A stretch of DNA of 64,000 bases from Zootoca vivipara. Its lineage: Eukaryota. The notes under the pieces are model-generated. The model searched no databases. It saw nothing but the letters and a program-made list of their open reading frames with translations, and had not been told where the DNA came from. The position numbers and the translations under genes are program-made. Where the stretch lies: NCBI RefSeq assembly GCF_963506605.1, contig NC_083281.1, forward strand, positions 41,788,001 through 41,852,000. The letters are read 5' to 3'. Below, piece by piece: positions 1 to 16,573 of the stretch. Positions within the stretch are counted from its first letter, which is position 1. The number at the start of each line of letters is the position of its first letter.

Positions 1-182
1 GAGCACATTGGATGCAAAGTAAATAGGAGTGTGCACACAGACTCTTAATTGTTTTTGTCTGTCTCCAGCCTCTGTTACAATTCCTGGGAGGAGAGAATGA
101 CCCTGTGTGGATACACGTGGGGTGGGGGTGGGGGTAGGACACACATGCCTGCCCAGGGCCCTCTGCCCCCCACCACCCCCTA

Positions 183-3886
<3,704 letters not shown>

Positions 3887-5364
3887 AATCTCTGCATGGG
3901 GAAAACAAGAGGCAGACTATAAATTCCGGTTCACTTCCCTGTTCTGCTATAGCATTCATCAAGTCAAAAGAATTAAATGGAGACACTGTGGGGAGAGGGG
4001 GAGAGGAAGAGTTTTCTTAGAACAGGAATGGGGTGTCCTCATTACTGTAAGTCCACCCCAAATTCCACCATCTGTTATTCCTGTTGTGTCCATAGGAGCC
4101 AGCTCCTAGGGTCTTAGGAGTCTTCACCCCCCCCCCAATAAAATATTTAAGGAGGCTGGGGACCCCCAAAGTTAATGGCCATTGTCATTCAAATGGTGTG
4201 TGTGCACTGTATAATGTGATCGATTATGCAGGGTGGGGCTTACCTCCCCCCCCAAATATTTCATTCAAGTTGGCACCCCTGGTTGTATATTTGGCTCATG
4301 TAAAAATATTACAAAGCATAATATGAGTCTATGATTTTACGATTTAATTACACAAACAAAAATCAGCAAATCTGAGGCCTTCCAGATCTTGAAGGGTTGA
4401 AGTCCAAAAACACCCAGAAGGTTAGGACAGTGTGGATTTGAGCATATGACATACATTAAAACCAAGATTCCATCAACACAATTTCTGTTTTAAACCTGCG
4501 GTTGACCTCTAATCCTGTTAGACATGGGGCTGTATCACCACATGTAGTATGTGGATGGATCCCCAATCCCCCTGGAAATTTAATCTATCCACATAATTTG
4601 GTTTCATAGAGCAACTATGATTGATCAGTGGCTAGATGTGCTGAAAAATTGGGGGGGTGGAGTCAAAAGGAACCCCAGAGTTGGATCAATGGATGCATGG
4701 CTGACTGGTGCAAGCAGTGCATGAGTGGAAGGAAACATGCATGAAAACAGAGAATGGCAATTAATTTACAATAGTTCTTAAGATTCATGGGGCTCTCAAC
4801 CTGGTCGTCCCATCCCATCCTGTCCGCCTCCCCCACCCTGCCCAATCCCAACCCAGTAGACACACAGAGGCACAAAAGGCAGAGTGAAATAAAGTGCGGA
4901 GTCATTTACTATAGGGTTGCCATATTTAAAGAGGTAAAAATCTGGACACCTGCTCGTCCCACAACTATCTGCCACCACGGAGCCTCAGTTTACAAAGGTT
5001 TCTCTTCCATGTTCTGTTCTATATCAACAGTGATCACACACTGTTACAAATTACACTCAAAGGTGTTACAGTATAGTGCTCATATTAAACAAACACTATT
5101 AAAACCACATTGCTGCCTTCAATGATTTGCATGGAGTGGGAAAAGCTGCACCTCTGAAAACTCCAGGCGCAACAGTCTGCTCTGCACCCAGGACCAAGGA
5201 TGAGTGTGTATGTGTGTGTGTGTGTGTGCCTTTCACTATTCATTTTGGCAATGCAGCCATTCCTTCTCCCATGCAAATCAATGGAGATTGTGATTTTAAA
5301 ACTTTAGTACATAAATATTATTTCATTTAAATCTTATTGCACAAATAATTTAATTTTTCTCATT

Positions 5365-5369
<5 letters not shown>

Positions 5370-5421
<52 letters not shown>
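5370..5421. repeat. (TA)n microsatellite
   Basis: Direct reading. Confidence 0.95.
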
Positions 5422-5425
<4 letters not shown>

Positions 5426-5597
5426 GTTTAACACTAATTATAATATATATATTAAATGAATAAATAAACAGCTTGATAAAATGGCACAGGCTAGAAAGGT
5501 CATAGTGAAGGTGCCCTGGGTGGCAATAGGTTCAATATGTCAGCACACACCTGTCACAACCATGGCCCTTAAAGAAGATGGGAGAGCTAAGAGGCAA

Positions 5598-7029
5598 AAT
5601 CCCAAAATGGTTTTAGACCTTCTAGAGGGCAGTGGACATGATTTTCACCACTCGACAGCTTCAAGAAAAATGCAGAGAACAAAATTAACCCCTGTATATG
5701 GCGTTTATTGACCAGACAAAGGCCTTCGACACTGTAAATCGTATTGCTCTGTAGACTGTCCATCTGAAAGTTGGCTGCCCAGATAAATTTGTGAACATCA
5801 TTCAGCTCCTCCATGATAACAATGGCTCTGAAAGTGAACCATTCACAGTGGGATCAGGTGTTAAACAGGGTTGTGTTATCGCTCCAACTCTATTCATTAT
5901 TTTCATTACCATAACCATGATCCTACACTTTGTTGAAGGGAAACTCCCCACCACAGCAGAAATCATATATCAAACAGATGGAAAGCTCTTTAATTTGAGT
6001 AGGCTGAAAGCAAAGAGTAAGGTTACCATAACTTCCATCATAGAGCTTCTGTATGTGTATGCACACTCAGAGGATTAACTCCAAACCATCCTAAATATCT
6101 TCACAGAAGCTTACGAAAAGCTTGGCCTGTCGCTTAACATCCAAAAAACCGAAGTGCTGCACCAACAAGTACATAACAACCTCTGCAGCACCACAAATCC
6201 AACTCAATGCTGTAATGTTGGGAAGTGTTGATCACCTCTCCTAACTGGGCAGTTATCTTTCCACAAGAGCCAAAATCCAGCAGCGCATGAGCTCTGTGAG
6301 TGCAGCTTTCTCCCAATTGAAGTGCAGAATGTTTGAAAACCGTGACATTCATAGGGAAACCAAAATGCTTGTTTACAAAGTTATTGTACTACCAACCTTA
6401 CAGTATGCTCGTGAAACACGGACCACTTATAAACACAATCTCCAACTCCTCAAAAGATTCCGTCAACTGTGTCTCCGAAAATTTTTGCACATCACTTGGG
6501 AAGACAGGCAAACTAATGCCAGTGTACTGGATGAAGCAAAGATCACCAGTGTTGAAGCAATGATTCTTCAACATCAACTTCGTTGGACTGGTCATGTTGT
6601 GCAGATGCCTGATGATCGTCTTCCAAAGCAACTACTTATTCTGAACTTAAAAATGGAAAGTGTAATGCTAGTGGGTCAACAAAAGAGATTTAAAGACTCT
6701 CTCAAGGCAAAATAAAAAAGTAGTATAAACACTGACAACTGGGAAACACTGGCCGGCGAGTGCGCCAATTGGAGAACAGCCTTTACCAAAGGTGTGATTG
6801 ACTTTGAAGATGCTCGAACTCAAGATGAAAAGGAGAAACGAGCTAAGAGGAAGGCACGTTTGGCAAACCCTCACCGTTATCAACTTCCACCCAGAAACCT
6901 ATGTCCCCACTGTGGAAGGATGTGTGGATCCAGAATTGGCCTCCACAGTCACTAACAGATTCACTGTTAAGACCATTATCATGTTAAGACAATCTTACTC
7001 TGCTACGAATGATAGCCATAGAAGAAGAC
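5598..7029 (+). mobile_element. Degenerate 5'-truncated RTE-clade LINE (RT and C-terminal region)
   Basis: Frame-broken RT motifs QLQEKCREQ, AFIDQTKAFDTVNR, GVKQGCVIAPTLF, LRWTGHVVQMPDDRLPKQLL, and terminal CPHCGRMCGSRIGLHSH; stops, frameshifts and internal deletions. Confidence 0.88.
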
Positions 7030-7225
7030 CTTCAGATTTCCTGTTTATTTAGCATTCACCCTGCTTTGCCTGTGCAGAGGTATATAGGATGTCAGCTATT
7101 TATTAAGGATCATCCTGATTTTTTTATTTAAAAATGTATTTCACATTCTTCAAGAAATAGCAACATAAAAACATGCAGCAGATGAATACTAAGTTGCAGC
7201 ATATTACATATCAGTAAAATACAAG

Positions 7226-7291
7226 CCTGGCGTGCTATGGTCCATGGGGTCACGAAGAGTCGGACACGACTAAACGACTAAACAACAACAA
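7226..7291 (+). mobile_element. Bov-B LINE 3' tail fragment
   Basis: CCTGGCGTGCTATGGTCCATGGGGTCACGAAGAGTCGGACACGACTAAACGACTAAACAACAAC; same tail as the copy at 22697-23028. Confidence 0.85.
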
Positions 7292-8937
7292 AATACAAGA
7301 CCCAGTATTCATTCTGATTTGTTTGTACGGATCTTATATAACTTTCTGTTCACTGATTGTTAGCCCCACACTTTCTAGTAAATTTTCTTGTCGCTTTGCT
7401 TTCAACAAAAAGCCCATTAAAAAAATAGATTAGTTGTGTGCGCAAGAGTGCCAAAGCACTTCTATCAACTTCAATTGTGCAAATCTAAGTCTGTTGTTAG
7501 GCACCTGAATTGCCCCCACCAAACAGCAACAGTCTGGTGGGGACCCTGCTATACTGCAAATGATGTAACTGCTTCTATTCAAATTTGGACTTTCTGCAAT
7601 CTGAGAAATGATGGAAGAACTATAGAGAAAACACAGGAGGGCAAATTGTTGAGTGTTGAAATCATGTGGATGCCCCCCCCCCCAACCTAAGTGATTGAGG
7701 AATTAAATGTCTAGTATTTGAAACTTCCCTAAGCCTCATACAAGAAAATACACATAAACTGTGGGAGGTATTGAAAACCCAGATCTAGAAAATCTTTCCA
7801 ATATGATGCACAATTTCTTTTTCTTTTTTCTTTGCTAAGTATGTGGGAGGAAGTCTGGTTATACCCATGATTCAAGTGTTGACAGCTAAGGGAGTGGGAT
7901 GGTTTGAAAGTACAAAAACAAAACAAAAATGCCTGTTTCAGACTATCATTGTATGTTCCTCCCTGAAGTCTAACAAGGCTTGTTCATGAGGATTGGGCCA
8001 ATTATCCATAGAAGTGAAGGTTCACTTTTCAGTATAGCTTTTAGATTTTGGTAATGGAATAGAATAATTGTCAAACTTATGCACTAGCGAGCAAATCCAG
8101 GCTTTAGCAGAATAACTTCTGTCAAAATATTGTTCATTGTTTGATTACTTAACAATAAAGACTGCTACTATAGCTAAAGTGAAGGTAAAAAATACAACTC
8201 AATTTATGTTTAAGCCACAGGCTACTATAATGATGAAGAATGCTCAAGTAGATGGACCATCTAGGATTAGTTTAAGGATCCTGGTTAAAGATTAGATCCT
8301 TAATCAGCAGGAGAAGGTAATAACAGGATTACAATACAATTATAAAAATTACCAATGATTTCGAAGGATATCTATCAGACATAGCCTAATTTTGTGTTTT
8401 TTTACACTGGGTGTTTACAGCGTTAATTATTTCAGTTCATCTGATCAAAAGGATTGGAAAGCCAAGATAAAAAAATTGTTTAAAATTGATGTCTTTGTGG
8501 CCCTGGGCAAATTAAAGAACTGCCACATTACCTTATGTATCAAGATTTAGAGGGTGAAGTTCACCCTGAGTAAATGTAATAATCACTCGGTTTTGGGAAA
8601 ATATAATAATTATTCTGGAGGGAAAAGACTGAAATGTTATAAATCATATTGCTTGTGTGCTGTATGAAGCTGCAAAATGAGCCCCTACATGTAGCTACCC
8701 CCAAATCCCAAGTGGTGAGAAACTCCAGAGGTTCCTGAATTTATCCAGGGTTTGGTTTCATTGGAATGAAGGCCAGTGGAGACTGTGGTGTCTTTAGGGG
8801 ATATGAACATGGCACCCCTTTCCTTATAAACAAGGACTCAGGTTAGGGGCAAAAATCTAAAAATGGTGCAAAGGTTGAGAAAAACTTTATAAAAATGCAG
8901 TGTGTTGTAGCAGAGTGGGGGTGTGCGGGGTATTAAT

Positions 8938-8939
8938 GG

Positions 8940-8983
<44 letters not shown>
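8938..8983. repeat. (GTT)n microsatellite
   Basis: Direct reading. Confidence 0.95.
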
Positions 8984-8984
<1 letters not shown>

Positions 8985-8993
8985 TGTTTTCCC

Positions 8994-9265
8994 AGTGTGC
9001 TATAGTGGTTAGAATGTTGGACAAGGAGGTAGGAGATCAGGGTTCAAAAAGCAGGTGTTTCCTGTTTGGCAGGGGGTTGGATGGCCCTTGTGGTCCTTGT
9101 GGTCTCTTCCAACTCTATGATTCCTCCCATGAGGCATGACCTTTGGCCCCATTGCTGCTTCTCAGCCTAACCTACCTCGCAGGGTTGCTGTGAGGATAAA
9201 ATGGAGAGAGGGAGGACCATGTATGCCACCCTGAGTTCCCTGGAGAAAAATAGGGGTATAAATTA
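8994..9265 (+). mobile_element. Old tRNA-derived (MIR/CORE-like) SINE interrupted by a CR1 3' fragment
   Basis: TATAGTGGTTAGAATGTTGGAC head and CTCAGCCTAACCTACCTCGCAGGGTTGCTGTGAGGATAAAATGG body; same family at about 11090/11510-11650 and 39390-39510. Confidence 0.6.
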
Positions 9266-10392
9266 AAGAAGCAATGCAATCGCTGAAAGCTGGTGTGGGG
9301 CAATGCAGGAACTATGGGGATTACCAATGACGAAGAAAACCACCAGTTCCAGTGTTGCCTCAGCTGCACACATGCATTCGTGGGAGTCGCCGTCTGCAAC
9401 ACATTTGCCAGGGAGTAATTCGGATTGAACATTTTTGGAACATGTGCTCCCGTGGTCATAGTGCTTTCCAGAGCTTACCTGACAGGGTGGGTGTAAAGCC
9501 TGCAACAAGACTGGGCTTGAACACTCTTACAGTGCATATCTCTTCATGCTCCTATTACTTCAATGGGACATCTTCCCAGAGAAGAGCGCATAGAATTCTA
9601 ACTGGTTCAAGTGCTATGCAAATGTTAAAAACTGCTGTTTTCATGCTGTACAATAGACATTATTATATACAGTATGCACATTAATCAACACGGTGCAATA
9701 TTTGTACTGAAGCACTTTTATCCACCACAACTATTAATTCTATTATTATTTTGATTTACTATACCTTTTAAAAAATGAAACTCAAGGCAACTTACAAAAA
9801 TGTTTTCTTTCATCTCTTTTTTTCTATCTTACTCGCTTAATTGTCATGTATCTTGATTGTGTTCTATGTGGATATATACATAATTTACGTTGCACATATT
9901 GCATTTCTGTGTAAATAATATATACTTTATGTGATATTTGAGATTTGTTTAGTAAGGCTATAAACATATCACACACACAAACATATGTATATCGATGTCT
10001 ACATTTTTAAAGGGAGAAAAGGTTGGTGTTTGCCTTCTTAAAGGTTTGTGCCTCTCATTTTCAACCTACTTTTCAACCTACAGGGCCCCAAAAGAAAGAA
10101 AGAAAATCAGTGCAGATGCTGAAATTGTAATAAAATCGTTACATTAAAGAAATAAACAATGGGAGATAATGTTATGACGCTTTTAACTCAGAAGCCTCCC
10201 CACCATAACCAAATAAAATGTTTTACTGTCCACATAAAATAACAAATATAATGGACTTGGCAGGTCTTCCTTGGGAGAGAATTCCTGTGTCTATGTGTAC
10301 AATTCTTGACTAGAGTTGAGAACTATATGGGGCCTCCTGGTCCTTGTCCACGCCTCACCTGTCAGGGGCCATATTTGCCCTCCGTCACTTAC

Positions 10393-10560
10393 CTGTTAGC
10401 AGGGATGGTGAAAACTAGTCTCTCTCCGGTTCCCACAAATTGAAAGGGAGGGAAATGGCTTCTTCCTCATCACATTGGGCAGTGAATCATAGCGTGTCTA
10501 GAGTGCAAAAAGGCTCCAGGAGATCTCAAACGCATACCCTGTCCTTCTCTCTCTTTCTCT
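10393..10560 (-). other. Candidate non-coding first exon of LCK (5' end undefined)
   Basis: Strong donor CAG|GTAAGT (intron starts at 10392 on minus) in non-repetitive sequence, with RUNX (TGTGGT) and ETS (GGAA) cores upstream. The LCK ATG exon has its own acceptor (exon starts 3891), so an upstream exon is required. Confidence 0.35.
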
Positions 10561-11118
10561 CGCCACCTTCTCTGCTGATTTCCTGCCCTCCGAGTGCTTT
10601 GCACAGACAGCTCTAGAAGCTTGTTCTCAGCACTTGTTTGACCACAAAAGGTTCCAAGGCTGCTAAGAAAACCCAGAGGTTTCCTGCCAACTTCAAAGCC
10701 CTCCCTGCTGTCGTGCTGGATGGTGCCACTGGCCCCACGTGGATCCCATGTCCCACATTGTGTAGCTCTTTGCACATTTGACACGGTCAGCTCCTACCAA
10801 GCCCAGGGGACTCCTGTGAGCTTAGTTCAGCTGCTAATGTTGTGATTGCTTCCATGTTTCTGTGTGGCAGCTGTCTTGCCCTCCAAGCCAGCATGGAGTA
10901 GTGGACAAAGACTTGGGCCACTCGGTGAGTAGCTCACGATGCCATCATGGTCCTGTTGTTCTCTTAGCCATACCACATCTCTGTGGTTCCTGGTGGGGTC
11001 CATGACATCTGGCTAATGCACAGTGCCTCTGGCACGAAGCTGGATGGAGACAGTGAACCACAAACACCCTCAGGCCAAGCAGAGCCAGTGAGGCATAGTG
11101 GTTGGAGTGCAGTGTTGA

Positions 11119-11509
11119 CAGGGCCAGAGCGTCCATTTAGGCAAACTAGGCCGCTGCCTAGGGCGCCAAAATGGAGGGGGCGCTGGCCAGCCTGCCCACT
11201 GCCTGCCGCCCCCGATGCCGCCTCCACTGTGCCTGTCACCTGTTGAGCGGCTTCAGGCTGCTCTCCTGAGGCGTGCGCTTGCCTCTGGAGAGTGGCCTGA
11301 AGCCCCTCAACAGGCATAGCTGACAGGCACAGTGGAGGCGGCGCCAGGCTCGCGCTCCTCGCACGAAGCTCCGGAGGCGCGCAGAGAGCGTGAGCCTGGG
11401 GCCACCTCGCCGCACCTCTCAGCTGTTTTTTATTTTTTTATTTTTGGAGGGGGGGCGGGTGCCAGAAGGTGATCTCACCTAGGGCGCAAAAAGCCTAGCA
11501 CCGGCCCTG
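11119..11509. mobile_element. Non-autonomous hAT DNA transposon nested in a SINE
   Basis: TIR CAGGGCC...GGCCCTG; 8-bp TSD AGTGTTGA/AGCGTTGA (CpG decay); internal inverted repeat. Confidence 0.8.
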
Positions 11510-11989
11510 AGCGTTGAAGTATGGCCTGGGAGACCAGGGTTCGAATCCCCTCTCAGCCATGAAACTCATAGAGTGACCTTGGGCCAGTCACTGTCTCTCA
11601 GCCTAACTTACCTCACAGGGTTGTTCCATTGATAAAAATGAGGAGAGAGGAAAAGGTATTAGCATGTAATTTTAGCTTATAATGTATATTTTTAAATCAG
11701 TTCCTTTTGTTTACATTTAAAAAACTTAGTTTTATTGAAGAGTTTACTGTATATTTTATACGCTTTGTAAACCACTTTGGGGTTTTATAACATATTATTA
11801 AGCAGTATACAAAAACTGTCAAGTGCATAAAAATGTATGCCACCTTGAGCTCTTTGGATGAAAGATAGGATATAAATGTCATTAATTAATTAATTAGACT
11901 GCTCTCCCCCACCCACTTTGATTCTGGCCCCTCAACCAGGTATAGCTTTTGTTTATTTTATTTTAAAATTAGTTTTCAAATTATTATGG

Positions 11990-12181
11990 ATCCCAGAATG
12001 TCCCGCTTTTCCTAGGATGTCCCGATTTTCATTGGAGAAATGTTGGAGGGTAGGGAGTTATCCAAACCCCAAGCTTTCTGAAGTCAGTCCTGTGTAGGGA
12101 AATTTTTTAATGTTTAATGTTTGTTCTGTGAACCGCCCTCAGACCTCTGGATATAGTATATCCAGTATATATATTCAATAA

Positions 12182-12215
<34 letters not shown>

Positions 12216-12320
12216 GTTTTTATATATGTTGGAAGCTGCCCAGAGTGCTGGCACAACTCATTGAGATGTGTGGGATATAAATAGTAAAATGATCATTATG
12301 GAATGTTGGAGGGTATGATG
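11990..12320. repeat. Interspersed repeat; related inverted copy at about 18590-18940
   Basis: Shared segments (CCCAGAATGTCCC, AGAAATGTTGGAG, GGAAGCTGCCCAGAGTG) in opposite orientation. Confidence 0.6.
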
Positions 12321-12483
12321 TTCTGTGTGCATGGTTGGAGACCATTGAAATTCAATGGTTCTGAATTTCAGTTATTTGAAACCACAAGAGGGAAAAGTGC
12401 TCTTGTGCTCACGTGGGATGTGGGGCATCTGGTTAGCCATTGTGAAAACAGGATGCTAGACTTTATGGGCCATTGGTCTGAAC

Positions 12484-12781
12484 CATAGGTCGGCAACGTC
12501 CGGCCCATGGGCCGGATGCGGCCCACTGAGGCCATTTATCCAGCCCACGGGCCACCCGTAAACCTTAGCAACGCAGCGCAGGGACTCGCCGAGTGGCGCT
12601 GGAAATCATGACTGCGGCTGTGCAGTCTGCACAGCCGCGGACATGCACATGCACAGAAGCCATTTCCAGTGCCACGCTGCCCATGACCGGGACACCAGAA
12701 ATAGCTTCTGCGCATGTCCCGCCCAAACAATAGTCCGTTTGAATCCTCTGGCCCATGGCCGGAAAACGTTGCCGACGCCTG
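12484..12781. mobile_element. hAT-type MITE inserted in an older repeat
   Basis: Terminal inverted GTCGGCAACG...CGTTGCCGAC; GGCCC-rich subterminal motifs; GTCTGAAC duplicated near both ends. Confidence 0.7.
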
Positions 12782-13552
12782 GACTGGTCTGAACCAGCAG
12801 GTTGCTCTCACGTTCTGAAAGTCAGAAAAGCTGACAATATAAAGAAAGAAAAGGGAAAGGAAAAAGAGGGTTTCTTTTCATTCTAAAGAAAAAGACAAAG
12901 GGTTGGTGAATCATGAAGTTTGGGGTTTCTTTTCCATTGAGGTTTCATTCATTCATGCCAAGCGCAAGCCTACCCTTTCAGCTTACTAAAGGAACCACAG
13001 AAGCATTGTTCGCCATTTGGGAGAGCAGAGTCACCAAACAAAAAGGCCTGAGAGCAAGCAACGAGCGTGATCAGGAAACAGTACGTGTGAGAGAGAGATT
13101 CTACACAGAATAATAATTTTAAAAAAACCCCACAAGAAAACGTAGGGCTTTTGTTGCGCCTTGTAAAAGATGAATGCACCATATTTGAAGAGTATGAGTT
13201 TTGTAGGCCAGCTGTTCCTTTTCTTGAGATGATAACACTGAGGTCCTTCTTTCTGGCTTCCCCCAAAGGCCTGTAAGAACAGGATGCTGGACTTGATGTG
13301 CCATCGGCCTGATCCATAGACAGGCTCTGCTTACAGTTTCGTGATCTTATGATAAAGCAAAACGTGTGAAATGCCACACTCTTAACAAGGAGATGATTTT
13401 TTAATTGAGTAACGTGCTACAAATACAGAAGTTCAACCCATCCCAGAAAGCAACCACATACTCATCCAACCTGAATTTTATCACACAGCAAATTTCAATA
13501 CAAATAAGCAGCAGCGGCAGCATTTTAGCCAGAATGATCACTATCAGTTATA

Positions 13553-13681
13553 GTTACAGGTAGGTAGCCGTGTTGGGCCGACGTAGTCGAAACGAAATAA
13601 AAAAATTCCTTCCAGCAGCACCTTAAAGACGAACTAAGTTTTTATTTTGGTATGAGCTTTCGTGTGCATGCACACTTCTTC
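13553..13681 (-). mobile_element. Penelope-like pLTR fragment, 5'-truncated inside the hammerhead motif
   Basis: Highly similar to 23449-23572; similarity stops at GAAGAAG, so the CU of CUGAAGA is lost. Confidence 0.75.
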
Positions 13682-13762
13682 CCTTTCCAGACCAGAGAAG
13701 CAGTGAAAAGAATATGAGAGGAAGCGCATGAGACCTTTCTTTTTAAGGGTTACTTTCGTAAG

Positions 13763-13977
13763 TAGGGTTGCCAGACTCAATAGAGGACAGGACTTCTGTG
13801 CCTTTAATTGCCCTGCTCTCTTTTGAGTCTGGAAACCTTAAAGAGAAATCAGCAGACCCTTTGTTTAATTTCCAAGCAAAGGGTCTGCTGGTTTCTCTTT
13901 AAGGTTTCCAGACTCAAAAGAGAGCAGGGCAATTAAAGGCACAAAAGTCCTGTCCTCTATTGAGTCTGGCAACCCTA
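13763..13977. mobile_element. hAT MITE forming a near-perfect ~100-bp-arm hairpin
   Basis: TAGGGTTGCCAGACTC...GAGTCTGGCAACCCTA; 8-bp TSD TTCGTAAG/TTTGTAAG. Confidence 0.9.
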
Positions 13978-15366
13978 TTTGTAAGTGCTGACACAGAGAA
14001 GATGCAAGCCACTGCTCAGATTTGACAGCCCCATACTTACTGCCCCCTCCCCTAGCCTCCAACTTTAAAGCTGCCCAGGGAGGCACCGGATGTGATTGGG
14101 CCAGCATCACTGGTGGGAAGAGGTGTTTCACCTTTACTCTTGCACTCTTTCCCGAATTTAAATCACCCTCTTTGAAGCAGGGTTGCTATTCTTATCATGC
14201 CTGTAGATATTCCTACCATGGATAACATGGGTTAGGGGAGGGGCAGTATTTTGATCAGGGAAATGGGGGGTGCATTTGAATCAGGGGAGAGGGTTAGCCA
14301 CCCCTTCCCCCAACAGCACTGCTCTAAATTTAGAGGGCCAACCCCAACACCCTTGGTGGCTGCTATGAGGTGACAGTGAAAGCACTGGGAGACCCAGTTA
14401 TTGATCTCCCACATGACTCTTCCAGCTGTTTTGGCTGTAAGAATCGAGCCCACCCACCTGTTTCTGAATGAGTCACTTTGCTGAGTGTGTCTCACACTAT
14501 AATCAGTGCCAACCTTCCTACTATGTTTTGATTTGATCCAACTGCCGCCCTCACCTGCCTGGGCTTCCCACATGCTGTTTCCCTGACTGGGCTGTAGATT
14601 CTCAGACTCACGTCTTACCTGTCTTACCTCGTTTGGCAGTGGAATGTATTCCCCCTAAAGGTGGTGCGGACTCTCCTTCCTTGGAGGTTTTTAAGGAGAG
14701 ATCGGATGGCCATCTGTAATGGATGGACTAAACAACAACCACCACCATACAGGCAATTTGCACCTAAGGCAGCTCCATGCAAATGCAGCTTGAACCACAG
14801 AAGGGAAGAAATGACCTCACTGCGCTTTAAACCACTGATGTGAATGTACCTTGAGGTCAGAGCAAAGTGGAAACAATCTACACATTTACAACAAACCATG
14901 AACTGTGGTTTGCCCTGACGTGTGAATGCTGGCAGTGCCTCAGGCGTACAAAGGGGCCCTGACTGTGGAACCAACTGTTCTGGAGTCCTCCTGGGAAGAG
15001 AACCTGATTCTGCTTTCTATTTCAGTGATGTTGTTTGTTTTTATATTCTACACCACTTAGAAATGTTTAAAACCTTAAGGGGTTTATAAATGCTTTTCAG
15101 TAAGTATATAGTGGCAGAACCAGGCTCTCTTCCCAGGAAGCCCAGATATTAATTCTAGTATTAGTGTTGGAGAAATGTTATTATATGCAGGGTGGCCCTC
15201 TCTTTATTCAAGTTGGCACCCCTGGTACCGACGGTACCTAGAGGGCCATGTTCAGCCCCTGATCCCCTGGCCCTATTTTAGGAGTTTGCATTGTTTAGCA
15301 CTGGAAGGTGCAAATTAGGACCTTGATGGCTGGTGGCTACTCCATGTCACACTCTGAAACGAATAG

Positions 15367-16573
15367 GAATGGCGGACCTGTTTTCCATCTCTCTGACCTT
15401 CGTAAGGAATTTGGCGGTTGCTAGGGGAGTAAATGGCAACCCCCTACCCTCTCCGGGGGTTACGGAGAGGGGCCGCTGGCCCGCGATGCCCCCAGACCCA
15501 CTCCGACTGTTTTTGGAGTGGGGGGAGCTTGGGCTGAGCACTTACGACGGCCAGGACTCCCGGACGCTAATCTGCATGGCGGGGATTTCCATGGTTAAAG
15601 AAGATAATTAGGCTTAAATCTATGGACATACTTCAGAAGGAGGGGAAGAAGCGCTGTTTACTGCTGAGAATTTTATGCTGCTGAGCGAGAGGAGTCAAAG
15701 AATGTACGGCATCTGGAAGAAGGATTGATGGGGACGGAGCGATAAGGGAAGCAAGTTTTTATTTTTTCTTCATATTGTTGCCTCGTATCTTCCCGGACGC
15801 GATGTCCTGGCTTGTTTGGAGTGAAAGAGAAGCAAAAGACTGTGTGAGTTGAACTCTATAGCTGTTGTTACTGAGCATATTTCTTAAAGATGTGAAGTTG
15901 CCGATGAGAAAAGCCCCCCCCTAGTCAGACGGAAGGAGTTCTGGACGCGTTCGGAGGATTTATGAGCTGTGACGCACTTTAAATTGGAGCAGCGACCTGA
16001 AGCTAAGTTCAGCTATAGGGCAAGGAGATCCATTAATTTACCAAGAGTTCATGGTTGGATGTTTGGGTCTCCTGCCTGAAAAAGCTGTAAATTCTATAAA
16101 GATAAATAAATCGTAAATCTTCATGGTTATGAGAGAAAATGAAAGTGATTTGAGCCTTTTAAGATGGCGCTGCTACTCCGTCGCAACAGGGAGCTCCACT
16201 AAGAAGATTTATGGGGAGGCTGGACTGATTAACTCACACAGGAGAAAGAACATCTGTGAAACTTCGTTTGACATTTATCTCAGCAGCTGGAACAATCGGA
16301 TGAAAGTGGAAAACATCTAGGTGACTGTAAGGGGAAGATTTGGAATATTATGAGCTTGGAGGACGATTTGAACTTTAGAAATAAGACGGCAGTGGACAGT
16401 TGCGAGGAATTCCCAATTTCTTGAAGCATGGGAACCCAAAAATAAATTATTTAGATGATTTGGCATAACATTCGGTTTGATTGATATATATATGTGTATA
16501 ATTTGAAATATTGAAATGTGATATAATTGGTTTTAATTGGAAAATTAATAAAAATATTTTTTTTTAAAAAAAA
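15367..16573 (+). mobile_element. 1.2-kb non-coding retroposed element (probable non-autonomous L1/Tx1-mobilised element)
   Basis: Perfect 11-bp TSD GAAACGAATAG at 15356-15366 and 16574-16584; CpG-rich 5' part; AATAAA plus A-rich tail at 3' end; no long ORF. Confidence 0.75.

Noticed and set aside
6287-6715. 142-aa ORF
   Set aside because: Fragment of the decayed RTE LINE, not a host gene
8900-9139. Poly-Val ORF; similar VCVC/HTHT/NNNN ORFs elsewhere
   Set aside because: Translations of microsatellites
14608-14715. Double GTAAGAC donors as a firm LCK exon
   Set aside because: The would-be exon overlaps a CR1 3' fragment; insufficient support
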